From Hypanus sabinus (lineage: Eukaryota): a stretch of 64,000 bases of DNA. This document shows positions 1 to 13,640 of the stretch, piece by piece. The notes beneath the pieces were generated by a model. The model ran no database searches, was not told the origin of the DNA, and saw only the letters and a program-made list of their open reading frames with translations. Location: contig NC_082731.1 in assembly GCF_030144855.1 (NCBI RefSeq), forward strand, positions 11,160,001 through 11,224,000, given 5' to 3'. Within the stretch, counting starts at the first letter, position 1. The number at the start of each line of letters is the position of its first letter. The position numbers and the translations under genes were made by a program.

Positions 1-129
1 GCTATAGAAAGCAGATATGATTAAGAAAAAAAAAGCTTACCATCTAGAACGCAGGAACGGCCACTAACGGTCTACCTGTTTCTTAACAACAATCGTACTT
101 ATCTGTATGTGGCTGGTTTTCTTCTTTTC

Positions 130-560
130 CTTTCCTATATAGGAAATGTCTTTTATATGGTATAGTTGTGTCCACCTCTATCAGTTTATTCCAGATAACC
201 ATACCCTCTGTGTGAATACAGTTACCCTTCAGATCTCATTAAAGTTTCCTCTCTCACCTTGAACCTGTGTTTTCTCATTCTAAACTTGACTGTCTTTGGA
301 AAAAACACCCTTCCTTCCTCTCATAACTTCATGAGTATGTCCATGCCTCCAGCCTTTCATTGGGAACAATTGCAGCCTACCCAATCTCTGCTTGTAACGG
401 GGGTCCTCAATTCCATTTAACATCCCGCTAAATCTCTTCTGCTCTCTTGTACTACCTGATCCTTCCTGCAGCGTGGTGACCAGAACCACATACGAATGAC
501 TTAAACTCAATGAGCAATCGATGCTTTCCTGTCCTGCCACATCCCATCATAAATGGCCCA
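130..560 (-). mobile_element. CR1 LINE 3' fragment
   Basis: Reverse complement resembles the CR1 RT C-terminus and 3' region (…RLQLF…RG…) seen in other copies in the window. Confidence 0.65.
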
Positions 561-2084
561 GTACGAACAATTTAGTCCAGATAATTCGACCTTGAGCTAT
601 TCTTGTAACTATAATGTTCCTTCCAAACAAAACTGGTTTCCCACTGCCTCAGGTTTTGCCTCAAACCATGGAATACCATGAACTCATCCAGGTCTATCTA
701 CAGATTGCCACAAAATGTTTTTACAGTATCAAATGACGGAAAATCATTTTGTCTCTGTGTCCTACGAACGTCGAACATAGAATGGTACAGTACGGGAACC
801 AACCTATCAGCTTTTTATACCAAATTAAATCGTTTCCTTCTATCTGCATATGATTCATAACATTCCGCTCACTGCATATGCTTGTGCCTGTCTAAAAAGC
901 TCTTGATGACCACAATAATGTCTCCATCACTACGCCTGGTGGCCCAACCCCACTCCTGGCCTTAAAGTCATTCTCTCTTATACTCGACATTTCTCTCCGG
1001 GAACAGTGATTCTCGCTGTCATGCCTCTTATGAACTTATAAACTATCGGTCGCTCCTCAGCCTACTATGCTCCAGGGAAAACAATGTAAATTTATGCAAC
1101 AACTCCTTATAACTAATGTCCTCTGATCCATGCAGAATCCTTATAACTCTGCTTTTTCATTCTCTCCAAAGCATTCATATTATTTCTATAGTTGAGCCAC
1201 AGACCTACAGAAAATATTGTAACCAAAATTTGATACATCTGCATCACGACTTCCTGGCTCTTACATTCAAGACACCGAAAGACGAGGCAAACATACTTTA
1301 TTACTCTATCTAAATGCGGTGCAACTGCAGTGTGGATTGGACCCCAAGAGTTGCTGTATCATTTCATAATAATCCGGCGGTAATATGGTACATACATTTT
1401 CATCTTTGCCCTAAAAAGATGATCGGAACTTTTGTAGAACTCTGTTGCTCTGCTGGAAAATCGAAACCCTCAATTTCTTCAGTATTTGGCTTCCAGTGAC
1501 GTCAAGATTCGCCACCTCAATGCAGACCCGTGTTCATGAGATTTGACTGTCAACCATATCACTACTTCGTACATAGTAGTGCATTGTACTGTAAAAAGAA
1601 CGAATTGTATTATAATATACAATGCAACTAACAAAAAGATTGAAACTAAATATACTTTGAACTTTGATTGAAAATCGCAACTTGTATATGATTTCAGGGT
1701 AACTGTGATGTCACGGTGTTGAGATATGATAAATTACATATCACAGTGATAATAGATAATTAAAGCTAACGATTTTGAATCGAATTTCTTGCGTCCGTGC
1801 AGCTTTTGTTTCAGATTTCATTAAGTCTTCCAAAACTTGTTACAGAAATTGAACACAGCGATATTGTCAAGGAACTAGCCCAAACCTGATATCACGAATT
1901 ACTTTGAATCCCAGCATCTGCAGATTTCGCTTGTTCTTGATCATGAATTGGTGTTGCAGTTGGAAAGCTCGCAGGGTCGTATACTGGTGCTCAGTGACAT
2001 TGCTGAGCACCAAGTCTTGCTGTCACAATAATCTCAAAACAGATTTATCAAATAAAATTATGAACCTTTTAAAGCAACACACAC

Positions 2085-2880
2085 GCTGAACGAACTCAGA
2101 AGGTCAGGCACAATCTATGGAAAAGAATAAACAGTCGAAGTTTCGGGCCAAGACCGTTCGTCAACACTGAGAAAAAAAGGGAGAAGTTGCCAGAATAAAA
2201 AAAAGGTGGGTGGGTGGGTGGGGGGAGTGGATATATGCTTGGCGGAAAGTGATGGGTGAAGCAAGGGCTGGAGAAGAAAGAATCTGATTCAAGACGATAG
2301 TGGACGATAGGGGAATGAAGGAAGAAGGAGGGGAGCCGGGGGAAGTAATAGGCAGGTGAGAAGAAGTAAACGGTCAGAGTACGGAGCAGTAGAATGGGAG
2401 TGGGGGTTCCTTTACTGAAACAAGAAATTGATATTCATGCCATCAGGTTGAAGGTACCTAGTCGGAATACGAGCTGTTGCTCCTTAACCCTGAGGGTGGC
2501 TTTATCTCGTCACAAGAGGAGGCCATGTATTGATACATCCGAAAGGGAACCAAACTGGAATTCCTCTATTCCTCACTCTGATCTTTTACTTCTCACCTGC
2601 CTATTATTTCCTCCTGGGTCCCCTCCTCTTTCCCGTTCTCCTACGGTCCATTCTCATCTCCTGTCAGCTCCTTCATTCTCCAGTCCTTGAGCTGTTTCAT
2701 GCACCTGGCTTCACTTATCACTTACCAGCCAGCCTCTTTCCCCTCCCGACTTTTAGTTCTGCCATCTTCGCCCTTCCTTCTTAGTCCTGAGAAAGGTCTC
2801 GGCCCATAACGTCCACTGTTTATTCTATTCCTCCGACGCCGCAATATCTGCTGAGTTCCTCCAGCATTTTGTTTATGTTG
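2085..2880. mobile_element. Penelope-like element remnant: GIY-YIG C-terminal end on minus plus an inverted terminal-repeat copy on plus
   Basis: Minus 2410-2550 reads …IHGLL…ATLRVKEQQLVFRLGT…GMNI… (PLE endonuclease end). The terminal motif gctggaggaactcagcagg…gcagcatctatgg…gacgtttcggg occurs in both orientations (~2085-2170 and ~2780-2880). Confidence 0.7.
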
Positions 2881-4899
2881 CTATGGATCTGCAGACTTTC
2901 TCGTCTTTGTGTATAATTTATTTTTAATTTTATGCTCTTTGCGAATCTTTATACAATTATGCCAATGAAGTTGCTGCAAGTATTTTCCATTGAACCTGTG
3001 CACACATGTTTTTGTGTATGTGGCAATGAACTTGATTCTGTGGGTTCTACTAAAGGCGTAGCCGGTTAGGCTGGCACCAATTTACCATTCTTGTAGGCTT
3101 ATGAAATATATTGCCTCCGTGTAGTGGGGAGAAGAATTGAACACTGACACTTCGATTACGATCTGCAGTTGTGATTCTTAAACCTCTGATTTCTGTGTTT
3201 TTCGATTAGATGCAATTTGTTTCCATTAAAATATTAGTTAGGGGAATCTGTGACGTCTGGTGGACGGTCGATTAATTCAAATAAAATTTAAACAGGTGGA
3301 AAATCAATAGATATTCCAACCCCGATTTCCATTTATTTCCATTGACGTATTAACAGCTTCAGGGTAACCTCACTGGTTCTTGAGCTGTGTCCTCCCGTGG
3401 GATAACAGTGAAGGGTACAGTCAGGAATTGGAGCTGAATAATTCGAGCGGGGGAGCCGCGAGACGGAAAGGGTGCTGCGACCCGTGATCATGACTGTTTG
3501 TTCTCAAATGTAGCAATCGGAGGGGAACTTATTGAGGTTGCACAAGTTTCTCCATGGAGAGCTATTTGTTCAATCAAGAAATTCGGCCAGGAAACGCAGG
3601 CAAATAAGATTTTGCCAACATTTTGCGGTGACGCACTGTTAGTTTGAGAAACAGACTTTGGATTAAAATTCAATGGAGGCGTCTTTGTAGCGTCCTCGAC
3701 TGTGTTTTGCTCTTTCATTCCGATGGGGAAAAAAGAGTCTTTGCTATGGAGAAAATAAATACCTAGCGCTATTCCTATCAGCTGGATTTCGTTGTGCCAT
3801 CTTTGGGGCTTTCGCAAAACAGGTAAAACACCCTCATCTTTACATTGTAAGAACGGGATCATAATCGGGATAATGTTCTGAGTTTTCAAAATATATTGAG
3901 CAGAATGACTGGTCATTCGTAAATCCTGCGAATTTAAAAGTTAAGAATGAATGCTGTGAACAAAACGAGGAAGCGCAGATGTACAAAGGGGAAGTGCATT
4001 GAATATCAGGTGAAGGAAGAATTGAACCACTTAACTTCCAAATTCGCATGATACAATCGATGTCCATCGTACAGATTCCGGAAGCCAAAGGTTAATTGGG
4101 GCACTGTTCGGCAGAAACCCTGCTGTTAATCCACTGGAGCTGTTTGGATTTATTAATAGTATGTCAGTTTAACTGACCACATCTCTCACATTTAGATTCC
4201 CCCGCCTATAAAGTTTAACAATTTTGAAATCTGGATATTTAGTAGAATGTTATTGCTTATTGGCAGAGAAATTGAATTCAAAATTGGTTCTGATTCATGT
4301 TAAGTACTAGTGTCAGATCCAACTTTATGATCACTGAAAACCTGAGGTGAAATTTGTTGTTATGCAGCAGCAGTAGAGTTCAAAGACATAAAAATCTGTA
4401 AATAGTGCGAAAATAGAAATAATGAGGTCGTGTCCGATGTCCATGGATCGTTCAAATATCAGCGAAATAGTACTTAGAGACCTGTACAGTGTATTGCAGT
4501 CTTGTGGGAAAATGTTAATTCTTTGGATTTGAAAGGTCGCTGACTGATAAATGGAATAGAAGAGTTGTGAGGTTTGACTCATGACGAAAGGTTGAACAGG
4601 TGAGACTTGTATCCAGTGGACTTCAGAAAGCTAGCTAATGAACATTTACAGATGTTAGTCATATTCTTACCGCTAGATTTTATTTTCAATATGTGCATTC
4701 CTGCAATTTTGGAGAATCGTAATGCTTTTCGTTCACCCATATTGAATATCATGTGAATCCTGACTGTAACCAATATCCAGAGGGAAGTTCAAAACTTTCC
4801 ACTCCAGGACATTTGAGAAGTATGGTAGGACTGTTTCCAATGCTAATTTTAATAACATCGTGATAACAGTTTTCGTTAGGATCACATTATGCATTGTAC

Positions 4900-6530
4900 C
4901 GCAATGTGATATGTACAGTGTATACCCTATCAGTTGCTATTCCTTTTTCCCCTGAACTGCTTATGGCCTACCAAGGCATATGTAGATGTGTGGGTGCGCC
5001 TTTAACTCCTGGTGGCGTCGTCGGGGCGCCATCATAACAGGCTTTTTGCACCGATCTTTTTGGTGACTGCTCTAATACGGCGAGTCTTGGGCATCTGAAA
5101 CCCATCCCTCTCCAGGTATTTTGGAGAAAGCCCATGGATTCGAACTCGGAGTCTTCAGTCAGAAGCCCGACGCTAATGCCATTACGCCACCAGCCGGCCT
5201 ATAGTTACATCTCGTCTATTATTTCTAGAATTTCCCTGCATGAAATTTACGTTGGAATTATTTTAAAATACAACTTATTCTGTAATGACCAACTTCTTCA
5301 CAACTCAGTTAAACACTTAGCGCTCACGTAGAAAATAAAAACGTTCTCAAGTGGAGAATGGAAATTGCTACTGAGATGTCTTACTCGAGATGGTTTTTAG
5401 AAATGAATTATGATTCTACAATAACTCCTGCATGAGCACGAGAAACATTTTGGGAAGAGTCCGATGGAATACAGACTCTCTGACAGATTGTGGGTAAGAA
5501 GAAAAAAAAGGAACAATTAATATATTCTAAAATTCTAACCTGAGAGAAGGACTTAATTGAAACAATATGGTACTTTACAGGAAAACTAAACATTCCAGAA
5601 AATTACCTTCACATATCAAACTCTGTTTTTAAAAGTAATATGTAAAAATAAAACCAACTAACCGAGGATCACGTTAAAACTCATCGACTAGCAATTCCTA
5701 AAGATTACTGTTCTGTGTTTTTGTATATTAAGAGAGCCAGCCTTTTAAACATGGGCTTTGTTTCAGAGTGCAAAATTGCAATGCTGTACTGAAAGGGTCA
5801 TGGAATTTTTTCACAATAGAACCAGTTTCCAAACTGTTCCGCGATAATTTACCCTTACCTTTCTTATTATTTCTTATTATAATAATTATTATTCTTCTTA
5901 CTATTTCTTACTATATTCTTATTATGTTCTTATTATAAAGGACATATTTTTCTGTCATTAGCTTAGCATTTGTTTTATAAAAGTCAATCCAACAGCAATT
6001 GACAATGCAGAATCAAATGTTCGGAAAAACAAAGAAGTGCCAAAATGCCTGTTTCTGTGCTGTAATGTTCTATGGTTCTATGGGTAGGAGCAAGTGAACC
6101 AAAGTTGTTATAGATTTGCAGAGGTGATGTTGCATCCACTAGTTCACCTGCAATTACGGAACACTACCTGTGAATCAGAGCTTGCGGTAAAGAGACAACC
6201 AGACTGAATGGTCAAAAGTGTGTATCAACTCATCATTTCATTTATAAATCATTTGGTCCTTTCTCAGTTGAAGGCATTTTTGTTGTGGCACGCACAATAG
6301 TCGAACCATTACATACACATGCAATAGCGATAATACAGGGATATGAATTATCAATTGGCTCATATTCTTAGTACGTTCCCAATCAGCATCTGATCATTAT
6401 ATCTCAGATATAAAGGAGTTGGTGTATTTATCACTTCATCTGAATGTCGTGTCATTTGATGTAATGTGAAATTGGAGTTGTACTGTCTTTTCATATCATT
6501 TCCATTCAATCATATTCATGTAATACTTAA
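4900..6530 (-). pseudogene. Diverged duplicate of the IgNAR TM2 region, with an orphan TM2-like exon GTG AAC TAG at 6139-6147
   Basis: Colinear similarity by eye to ~18180-20200. Examples: gtgttccgtaattgcAG|GTGAACTAG vs gtgttctatcatttcAG|GTGAAGTAG; tacgttcccaatcagcatctgatc vs tacgtttccaatcaacatccgatc; tgtaatgaccaacttcttca vs tgcaatgaacaacttcttca. Confidence 0.75.
4985..5199 (-). mobile_element. tRNA-derived SINE
   Basis: 5' GGCCGGCTGGTGGCGTAATGG (A box) … GAGTTCGAATCC (B box); interrupts the duplicated TM2 flank. Confidence 0.8.
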
Positions 6531-6549
6531 CTTAGAATGAGTTTATCAA

Positions 6550-6645
6550 ATAAAAACACAAAATGCTGGCAGAACTCAGCAGGCCGGACAGCATCTATGG
6601 GAGGAAGTAGTGACGACGTTTCGGGCCGAAACCCTTCATCAGGAG
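6550..6645 (-). mobile_element. Penelope-like terminal fragment with a minimal hammerhead ribozyme core (6615-6642)
   Basis: CTGATGA-agggtttcggccc-GAAAC-GTC on the minus strand, inside the same terminal motif as 2085-2880. Confidence 0.7.
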
Positions 6646-6789
6646 TTTATCACATTCCTTACACATTCTGAACAGTAGGGAACCAATGTGTCATCATCAA
6701 CCCTGATAGTCTCCACTGCACCTGAATAACAGACATCAAGACGGATGTTAGATCAGTCAGTCTGGTATTGTCCCTGACCATGTCTTGAG

Positions 6790-8760
6790 TTCTTGTGAGA
6801 GTCAACTGGTCGGTATACTTTCAAACTTTTTTAACCTCTCCCTACTCCAGACTGTGGATCCCTCCTGCTTTAAGAAGACGCTATCATCCCAGTAACCTCC
6901 CTCTGCAAATAACGCCCCCCCCCCCAAAGTATCAAGACAATGGACCTTAACAGATGTTGCCCATATCGTCTGACATCTGCCACCATGATGTGCTTCGAAT
7001 GGTTGGACAAGGCACAGAATGTCTCCGAATTTTCCAGTCAACCTTGACTCATTGTAATTTGCCGAATACTGAAACAGGTCTACAGCAAACGCCATCTCCC
7101 TGGGCTCATCCCTGGAGTATCTGTACAATACACATATCTACATCAGACTATGTTTATTGAGTACAGTTTGCATTCAATGCTATTATTCCAAAGAAATTCA
7201 ACACCAAACTTTAGATCTTGGGAGTCAAAGTTTCCCTCTCAGTCTTCTGAGACTGGGTGCTTGGCAGCTTAACAAACAGACCACAGCTATAAGGATAAGC
7301 TGCAAGATCTCTGCCATGATTATTCTAAACACTGGTGGTCAACGAGGTTGTGTCCTCAGCAGCTTACTGCATTCCCTGTGACTGCATAGCCAGATTCTGT
7401 TCTAATACATTTACAACTTTGTAGATGATATCACCGAGGTGGGCCACATCACAAGTAACGATTAGTCGGAGTTCAGAAATCTGAATCAAAATCAGAATTA
7501 TCACTACCATCGGTCATGAAATTTGTTGTTTTGTGGCAACAGAATTGTAAATGTCACACAAGAAACTAAAAGTTACGATAAAAAGTGAGATCAATAAATA
7601 GTGCAAAAAAGGCTTAGTAAGGTAGTGTTTATAATTTAATCGGCCATTCAGAAATCAGATGAAGGAATGGCAAAAGCTGTTCCCACAACGTCAATTGTGC
7701 ATCTTTAGGCTCGTGTTACTTCACCCTGATGTTAGTAATGAGAAGAATTCATGTCTCGACGATGAGGGTAGTTGGATGGAGTCTTCTTGAGATAAAGTCT
7801 TCAGAAGATGATCTCGATGGCAGGGAAGCTCTTGCCCACGTTAGAGCTGACTGCATCTGCAAACATTTGTAGCCTCTTTCAATCTTGTGCATTGGAGCCT
7901 TCATAACAGCCGGTGATGCAACCAGTCCTAATTCTCTCCACAGAACATATATAGAAATTTGCTCACGTCTTCGACGACATTCCAAATTTCCCGAAACCCC
8001 TGGCTTGCTTTCTTGGTGATTGCTTTGATATGTTGAGCAGGGAATAGATCGTCGGTAATGTTGATTCCCAAGAACTTGAAGCTGCGTTTTGAGATGTTGA
8101 CGCCCTGGAAGGTGAAGGAGATAGAGAGCTTAGTGGCATAGAATCACGACAACAACGTTTCCCTCAATAATAACAAACAAACAAGTGTTGTTTACTTCAG
8201 AAAGGAAGACCGTGCATAGGCTCCTCTCTACAGCAACTGTTGAGAATTGAAGCGTTGAGAGCTTTAGGTTCCTAAGGGAGAACATAGACAATAGCCCATC
8301 CTGGCCTAACTACCTAAACACCAGACCAAGAAAGATCAGCAGCGCCTCTACCTCCTCAGGATATACTAGAATTTAGCATATTCCCGTGCATCTTGGCAAC
8401 TTTTATCGAAATATGATAAAAGCATACTGGCTGGGTGTAATGAGGCTTGGTATGGCGATGCTCTCTGCGTGAAGTCAAGAAACTACAGAGGGTTCCGGAC
8501 AGCGCAGCCCATCACATGAATCACCCTCCCCTCTATGGACACTTGTCCATACGTCTCACTGCCTTAGTAAAGCAACCAGCCTAATCAAAGAACCCATTCT
8601 CTCTAGTCATGCTTTTATCTCCGTTCTTCCAGTGGGCAGAAGATACCAGGTTCAAGAAGAACTTATATATTATTGTTATCAGAAGACTGAATGGTTCACT
8701 GGTATAATATGGTGGACTTTTGATTTCACAATCTACCTTTTTGTGACTTTGCACCTTATT
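6790..8760. mobile_element. Degenerate Rex1/Babar-type LINE fragments in mixed orientation
   Basis: RT-like pieces (…QQTPSPWA…, NTGGQRGCVLSSLL) and 3' pieces similar to the other Rex/Babar copies. Confidence 0.6.
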
Positions 8761-9089
8761 TAGTATAGACGCTAGACTTTCTATGTCCTGCAACACATTA
8801 TTCGTCACACCTTTATATCTTTTATTGTCAGACGTTTGAAAATTGGGTAACCTGGCAACTGGGTATAGATTTTTTTTCAGTTAAAAGAAGAGAAGATGCC
8901 AAAGAGGAGCTGGTACTTCACTTTCATAAATTTTGGATTGATAAACTTGGAGCAAGTGTGTGTGGGGATGGAGTTGTTGGGGTCACCGTATCAGCCAGGA
9001 GTACCGGATATGTCAAGGGCAGGTTTCAGTGACGAATCTGAACTTATCTTAAAGAAGGCAATTGTGTATTAGAACATTGGACATAGAAC

Positions 9090-12000
9090 TTAGAAGCGTA
9101 CCACAGGAACAGGTCATTTAAACCACAATGTTGTGACGAACCAGCTACAAAACAAATCAAAAACAGCTGAACACTCATCCCTCCTACCTACACTATATCC
9201 ATATTCCTCCATCATCCTTACATCAATGTGCCATTCCAAACATCTTTGAAAAGCCTCTAATGTATTTGCTGCTACCACCACACCAGGCAGACCATTCCAG
9301 GCATCCACGACTCTTTGAGTAAACAACTTACCTCTCACATTCCCCTTCAACCTTGCCCCTCTCACCTTCATTGCCAGCCCTCGGGTATTAGACATTTCAA
9401 CCCTGGGGAACAGACACTCTGTTTACTGCATCTATGCCCCTCATAATCTTGTAAACCTCTCTCAGGTATCCCGTCAAGTTCTGACCTTTCAGAGAAACTA
9501 GCCAAGTTAATCTTGCCTGTCATCATAGCTCTAATCCAGGCAGTATCCTGATAAACCTCTTCTGCACCCTCTCCAAAGCCTCAACGTCCTTTCTATAGTG
9601 GGTGACCAGAAATACACACAATACTTCAAGTGTGGCCTAACCAGAGTTTTATAGAGTTGCAACATAACCTCCTGACTTCTGAACTCAATGCGATGACTAA
9701 TTTGAGAAAGCATTCTATATGTCTTATCAACTGTGGATCCACTTTCAAGTAGATATGAGCTTGGATCCTAAGATTGCTCTGCTCAGCGACATTGTTGAGG
9801 ACCTGACATTTGCCCTACAGAGGTGAAACACTTCACAGTTATCTGGGTTAAACTACATCTGCCATTTCTTAGTCCATGTCTGCAAATAATCCATATCATG
9901 CTGTTTTCTGCTAATCTTCTACACTATCCACAACGCCACCAATCTTGTTATCATCTACAAATTGACTAACGCACCCACCTACATTTTCATCTAGGTCATT
10001 TGTATATATTACAAACAGCTGAGGTTCCAGCACAGATCCCTGCGGAATTCCACTATTACAGACCTCCAGCTCGAATAAGCTCCTTTGACCACTCCCCTCT
10101 CTCTTCTATGTGCAAGTCAGCGCTGAATCCAAACAGCCAATTCACTGCGCAAACCATGCATCTAAACTTCTGGATTAGCCTCCATGAGGGACTTAGTCAA
10201 ACGCCTTACTAAAAACCATGTAAACAACAACCACTGTCCGACCATCAGAAATCTCTCTCATCATCTTGTCAAAAAAACTCAATCAAGATGATAAGGCACG
10301 ATCTGCCACAAGCAAAGCCATGCTGGCTCTCCCTAGTTTGACCGTGGGTTAACCGAAACTCATGTATCCTATCCCTAAGAATTTTCTCCAGCAATTATCC
10401 TACAACTGTCTTGAGAACCACCAATCTATAGTTACAAGGATTTTCCCTTGTTCCATTCTTAAAAAGAGGTAAAACATAATCCACTCATTACTCCTCTGGG
10501 ACCTCAAGGCACTTGTTAAGGGCCCAGTAATCTGGTCTCTTGTCTCCTTTAAAAGCCTGGGGTAAATCCCATCAATCTGTGAGGATTTATTCACATTAAT
10601 AGTCATTAGAAGGCTCAACACTTCCTCTTCCTTGAACTCGGAACGCCCTAAAGTGTTTATAGACACAATCCTGACCTCCTGGTCCTCCATATCTTTTGCC
10701 TTAGTAAATACTGAAGCAAAGTACTCGTTAAGAACCGCACTCCAATTTCCCCCAGCCCACTTTATCCATGACTGGTTCCAACCTCTCCCTAGTTATCCTT
10801 TTACTGTTGATGTATGTATGGAATACCTTGAATTTATCTTAATCTTGCCTGTCAAGGACATTTCATGGTTCCTCGGCTTCCTTATACTCCTCATGTGTTT
10901 TTTTGACCCCGACTTTCAAAGCTTTAAATACTTTTATCTTTTCTTCTTGACTTAGTTCATCACCTCTATGGACATGGTGTTCTTAACTTTGCATTCATGT
11001 CCTTCCTTCTGATGGGAAAAAAAACCTTTCCTATACTCTGTGCAATTGATCTATAAACCCTCCTCCACATGTCTGATCTGGACTTGCGAGAGAAAAGATT
11101 TTCCCAATTAAAGCTTTTTAGTTACTGCCCAGTGCTCTCGTCATTTGGCCTACTCCATTTTAAAACTTTCCCAGAAGGACCACACCTATCCCACAGCTAC
11201 CTTGAAAGCTAAGGAGTTGTGAGTACTGTTATCTGACTGTTCAACGACTGAAAGGTCAGTAACCTGGCCAGACTTATTCCCAACACGAGTTCCGGTATTG
11301 CTGCTCCGCCCGTTCAACCGCCTCCATATTGATTTGGGAAACCTTCCTGGATACATTTAACAACTTCAGCCCCATCTAAATCCCTTACAATAAGAAGGTC
11401 AAAGTTAACACCAGGGAGATTGAAATTTCCCATGACAGCAACGCTATTATTTTTACACATTTCCTTAATCTGGTTGCATATCTCTTCCCGGTGCCTATTC
11501 GGGGATCTGTAGTACATTCCCATCAGTGTGATTGCACCCTTCCTATTCCTGAATTCCACCAAAATTGATTCAGTATCTGTCTGTTCTGAGTGCAGCTGTG
11601 ATATTAATAGTGCAACTCCATTCACTCGTTTACCTCCTCCTATATATTTTCTAAAACTTCAAATACCTTGTACATTAATCATACAATCCTGCTCCCTTCT
11701 CTGCCAAATTTCTCTAATGGCCTCAGCATTGTAGTTCCATGTACTGATCCATGCTCTAAGAACTACCTGACCCAGCATACTATGTGTTTTGATTTTGCCT
11801 TTCAATAATTTCCCTGACATTTACCTTCTGGTTCGATCCTTCCATTACTGACCTGCGTATCCGTTTCGCAGCCCCTGCAAAACTAGTTTCAGCTCTCCCA
11901 AGCAGCAGCAACAAATTCTTGCGGCCTGGATATCGGTTTCCTTCCAGTTCAGGTGCAATTAGATCATCTTGTACAGGTCACCTCTATCTCAGAAAAGATT

Positions 12001-12500
12001 ACAATGATCCAAGAACTTGGTCCGTTGCACCATCTCTGCAGTCACTCACTTATCCATGCTATCATCCTATTTCTATGTAATTGTTGTCAATATGCCCCAC
12101 GAGCTCTGGCTGTTCCCCCTTCTGCTTGACAATATCTTGCAGCCGCATGATGCATCATGGAGCCCAGCAAATGGGAGGAAACACACCATCCTAGTTCCTT
12201 GTTTTCTGGCTACATAATCTCTTTTCTCTCTCCCTCCCTATTTAGTCCCCTATTACAACTGCAGTGCCTGACTTTATCCTTCCCTGTGAAGCCTCAGAGC
12301 CGGCCACAGTGCCAACAGTCTGTCCGCTGTTGCAGTGATCTGATGTGTCATCCACCCCAGCAGAATACGAACGAGCATACTTGTTGCTCAGGAAAATGGC
12401 ACTGAGTTCTTAATCCTTTACCTCCCCTTGTGGCCACAAGTCTACTGTCCGAAGGCAATACACTGGGTGTGGCCACCTCTTCAAAAGCATCGTCTATAAT
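9090..12500 (-). mobile_element. Degenerate CR1 LINE (ORF2 APE/RT fragments and part of ORF1)
   Basis: ORF track peptides LYKTLVRPHLKYC, RGKLFTQRVVDAWNGLP, SSQIDGIYPRLLKE and MGNFNLP (APE). Confidence 0.85.
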
Positions 12501-12789
12501 ATCAGAATGGTCCTAATTTAATCCAACTGCAGTTCCAATTGGTGAGGTACCGTAATATATACGGTTGATATTGACGTCAGCAACTCCATTTTAGGAATGT
12601 AATCTAAAATGTTAGCGCCTATTTGATTCAGGGAATGGTGTTAAGATGAGAGTTTCTGCTGACCTCAGAAGGGTTTTTCTCTGAGTTTTAGAAGGTGCTA
12701 ATTGGTGTTCCACAGGGATTGGTACTGGAAACTTTTGTGTTTTCAATAATTTGAATGGCATGACTGTGCATTAGGAGTTAGTGTTAAAT

Positions 12790-13480
12790 TACAAAGTCCA
12801 ATTTTCAAATTAAATTTATTATATAAAAATCATATATCGGCATATACAACTCTGAGCTTCGTTTCTTTCTGGGCATTCTCAGTAAATCCAAGAAACACAG
12901 AATCAATAAAAGATTGCACCCGACAGGACGAACAGCCAACCAATGTTCAAAATGGACCAAACTATGCAAATACCAAAGAGAAAAATAAAGAAATTCTAAT
13001 GATAAAGTGTCCTTGAAAGTGAATCACTGGATTGTGGGAACGGTTCAGTGATGGGGTGAGTGAAGTTACACCAAATGGTTCAACAGCCTGATGTTTGAGG
13101 GATAATAACTGTTCGTGAACCTGTTGGCGAGTGTCCCGAAGCTCCTGTACCTTCTCCTTGATGGCAGCAGCGAGACGAGAGCATGGCCTGGGTGGTGGGC
13201 GTCCTTGATGATGGATGTTGCCTTCTAGCATCTTGCTCCGTGTAGATGTGCTCTATGGTGGGGAGAGTTTTACCCTTGATAGACTGGGTCATATCCACTA
13301 CCTTTCATAGAGCTTACCGTTAAAGGACGTTTCTGTTTCCGTATCAGGTCGTGATGCAACCAGTCAATATACTTTCCACCACACATCTACAGAAGTTTGT
13401 TAATGTTTTAGCTGAGAAGGCGAATCTTCTCAATTTCTAACAAAAAGTAGAGGCACCTCAGACTGCCGAAGTGCGAATTT
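12790..13480 (-). mobile_element. Rex1/Babar-type LINE 3' fragment
   Basis: TLPTIEHIY…HP…LFS…GRRYRS-type C-terminal motifs. Confidence 0.7.
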
Positions 13481-13640
13481 AAAATTATCGGTGAACATCT
13501 CAGCCAGCTGATCAGCACATATTTTTAATACTCAGCCAGGTACCGCACCTGTCGTCTGTGTGAGTTTGTGAAGGTTTATTCACGTTTTGATGGTCAAAGC
13601 GAACATAGAAGGCACTGAGCCCCTACAGGAACTAAGCTTT

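Noticed and set aside
1495-1504. AGTGACGTCA (CRE/TCR-decamer-like) as the promoter of a neighbouring V gene
   Set aside because: No leader, V exon or TATA found downstream in either direction within the window.
3488-3916. 142-aa ORF in a CpG-richer unique region
   Set aside because: No recognisable domain or splice context; compatible with a chance ORF.
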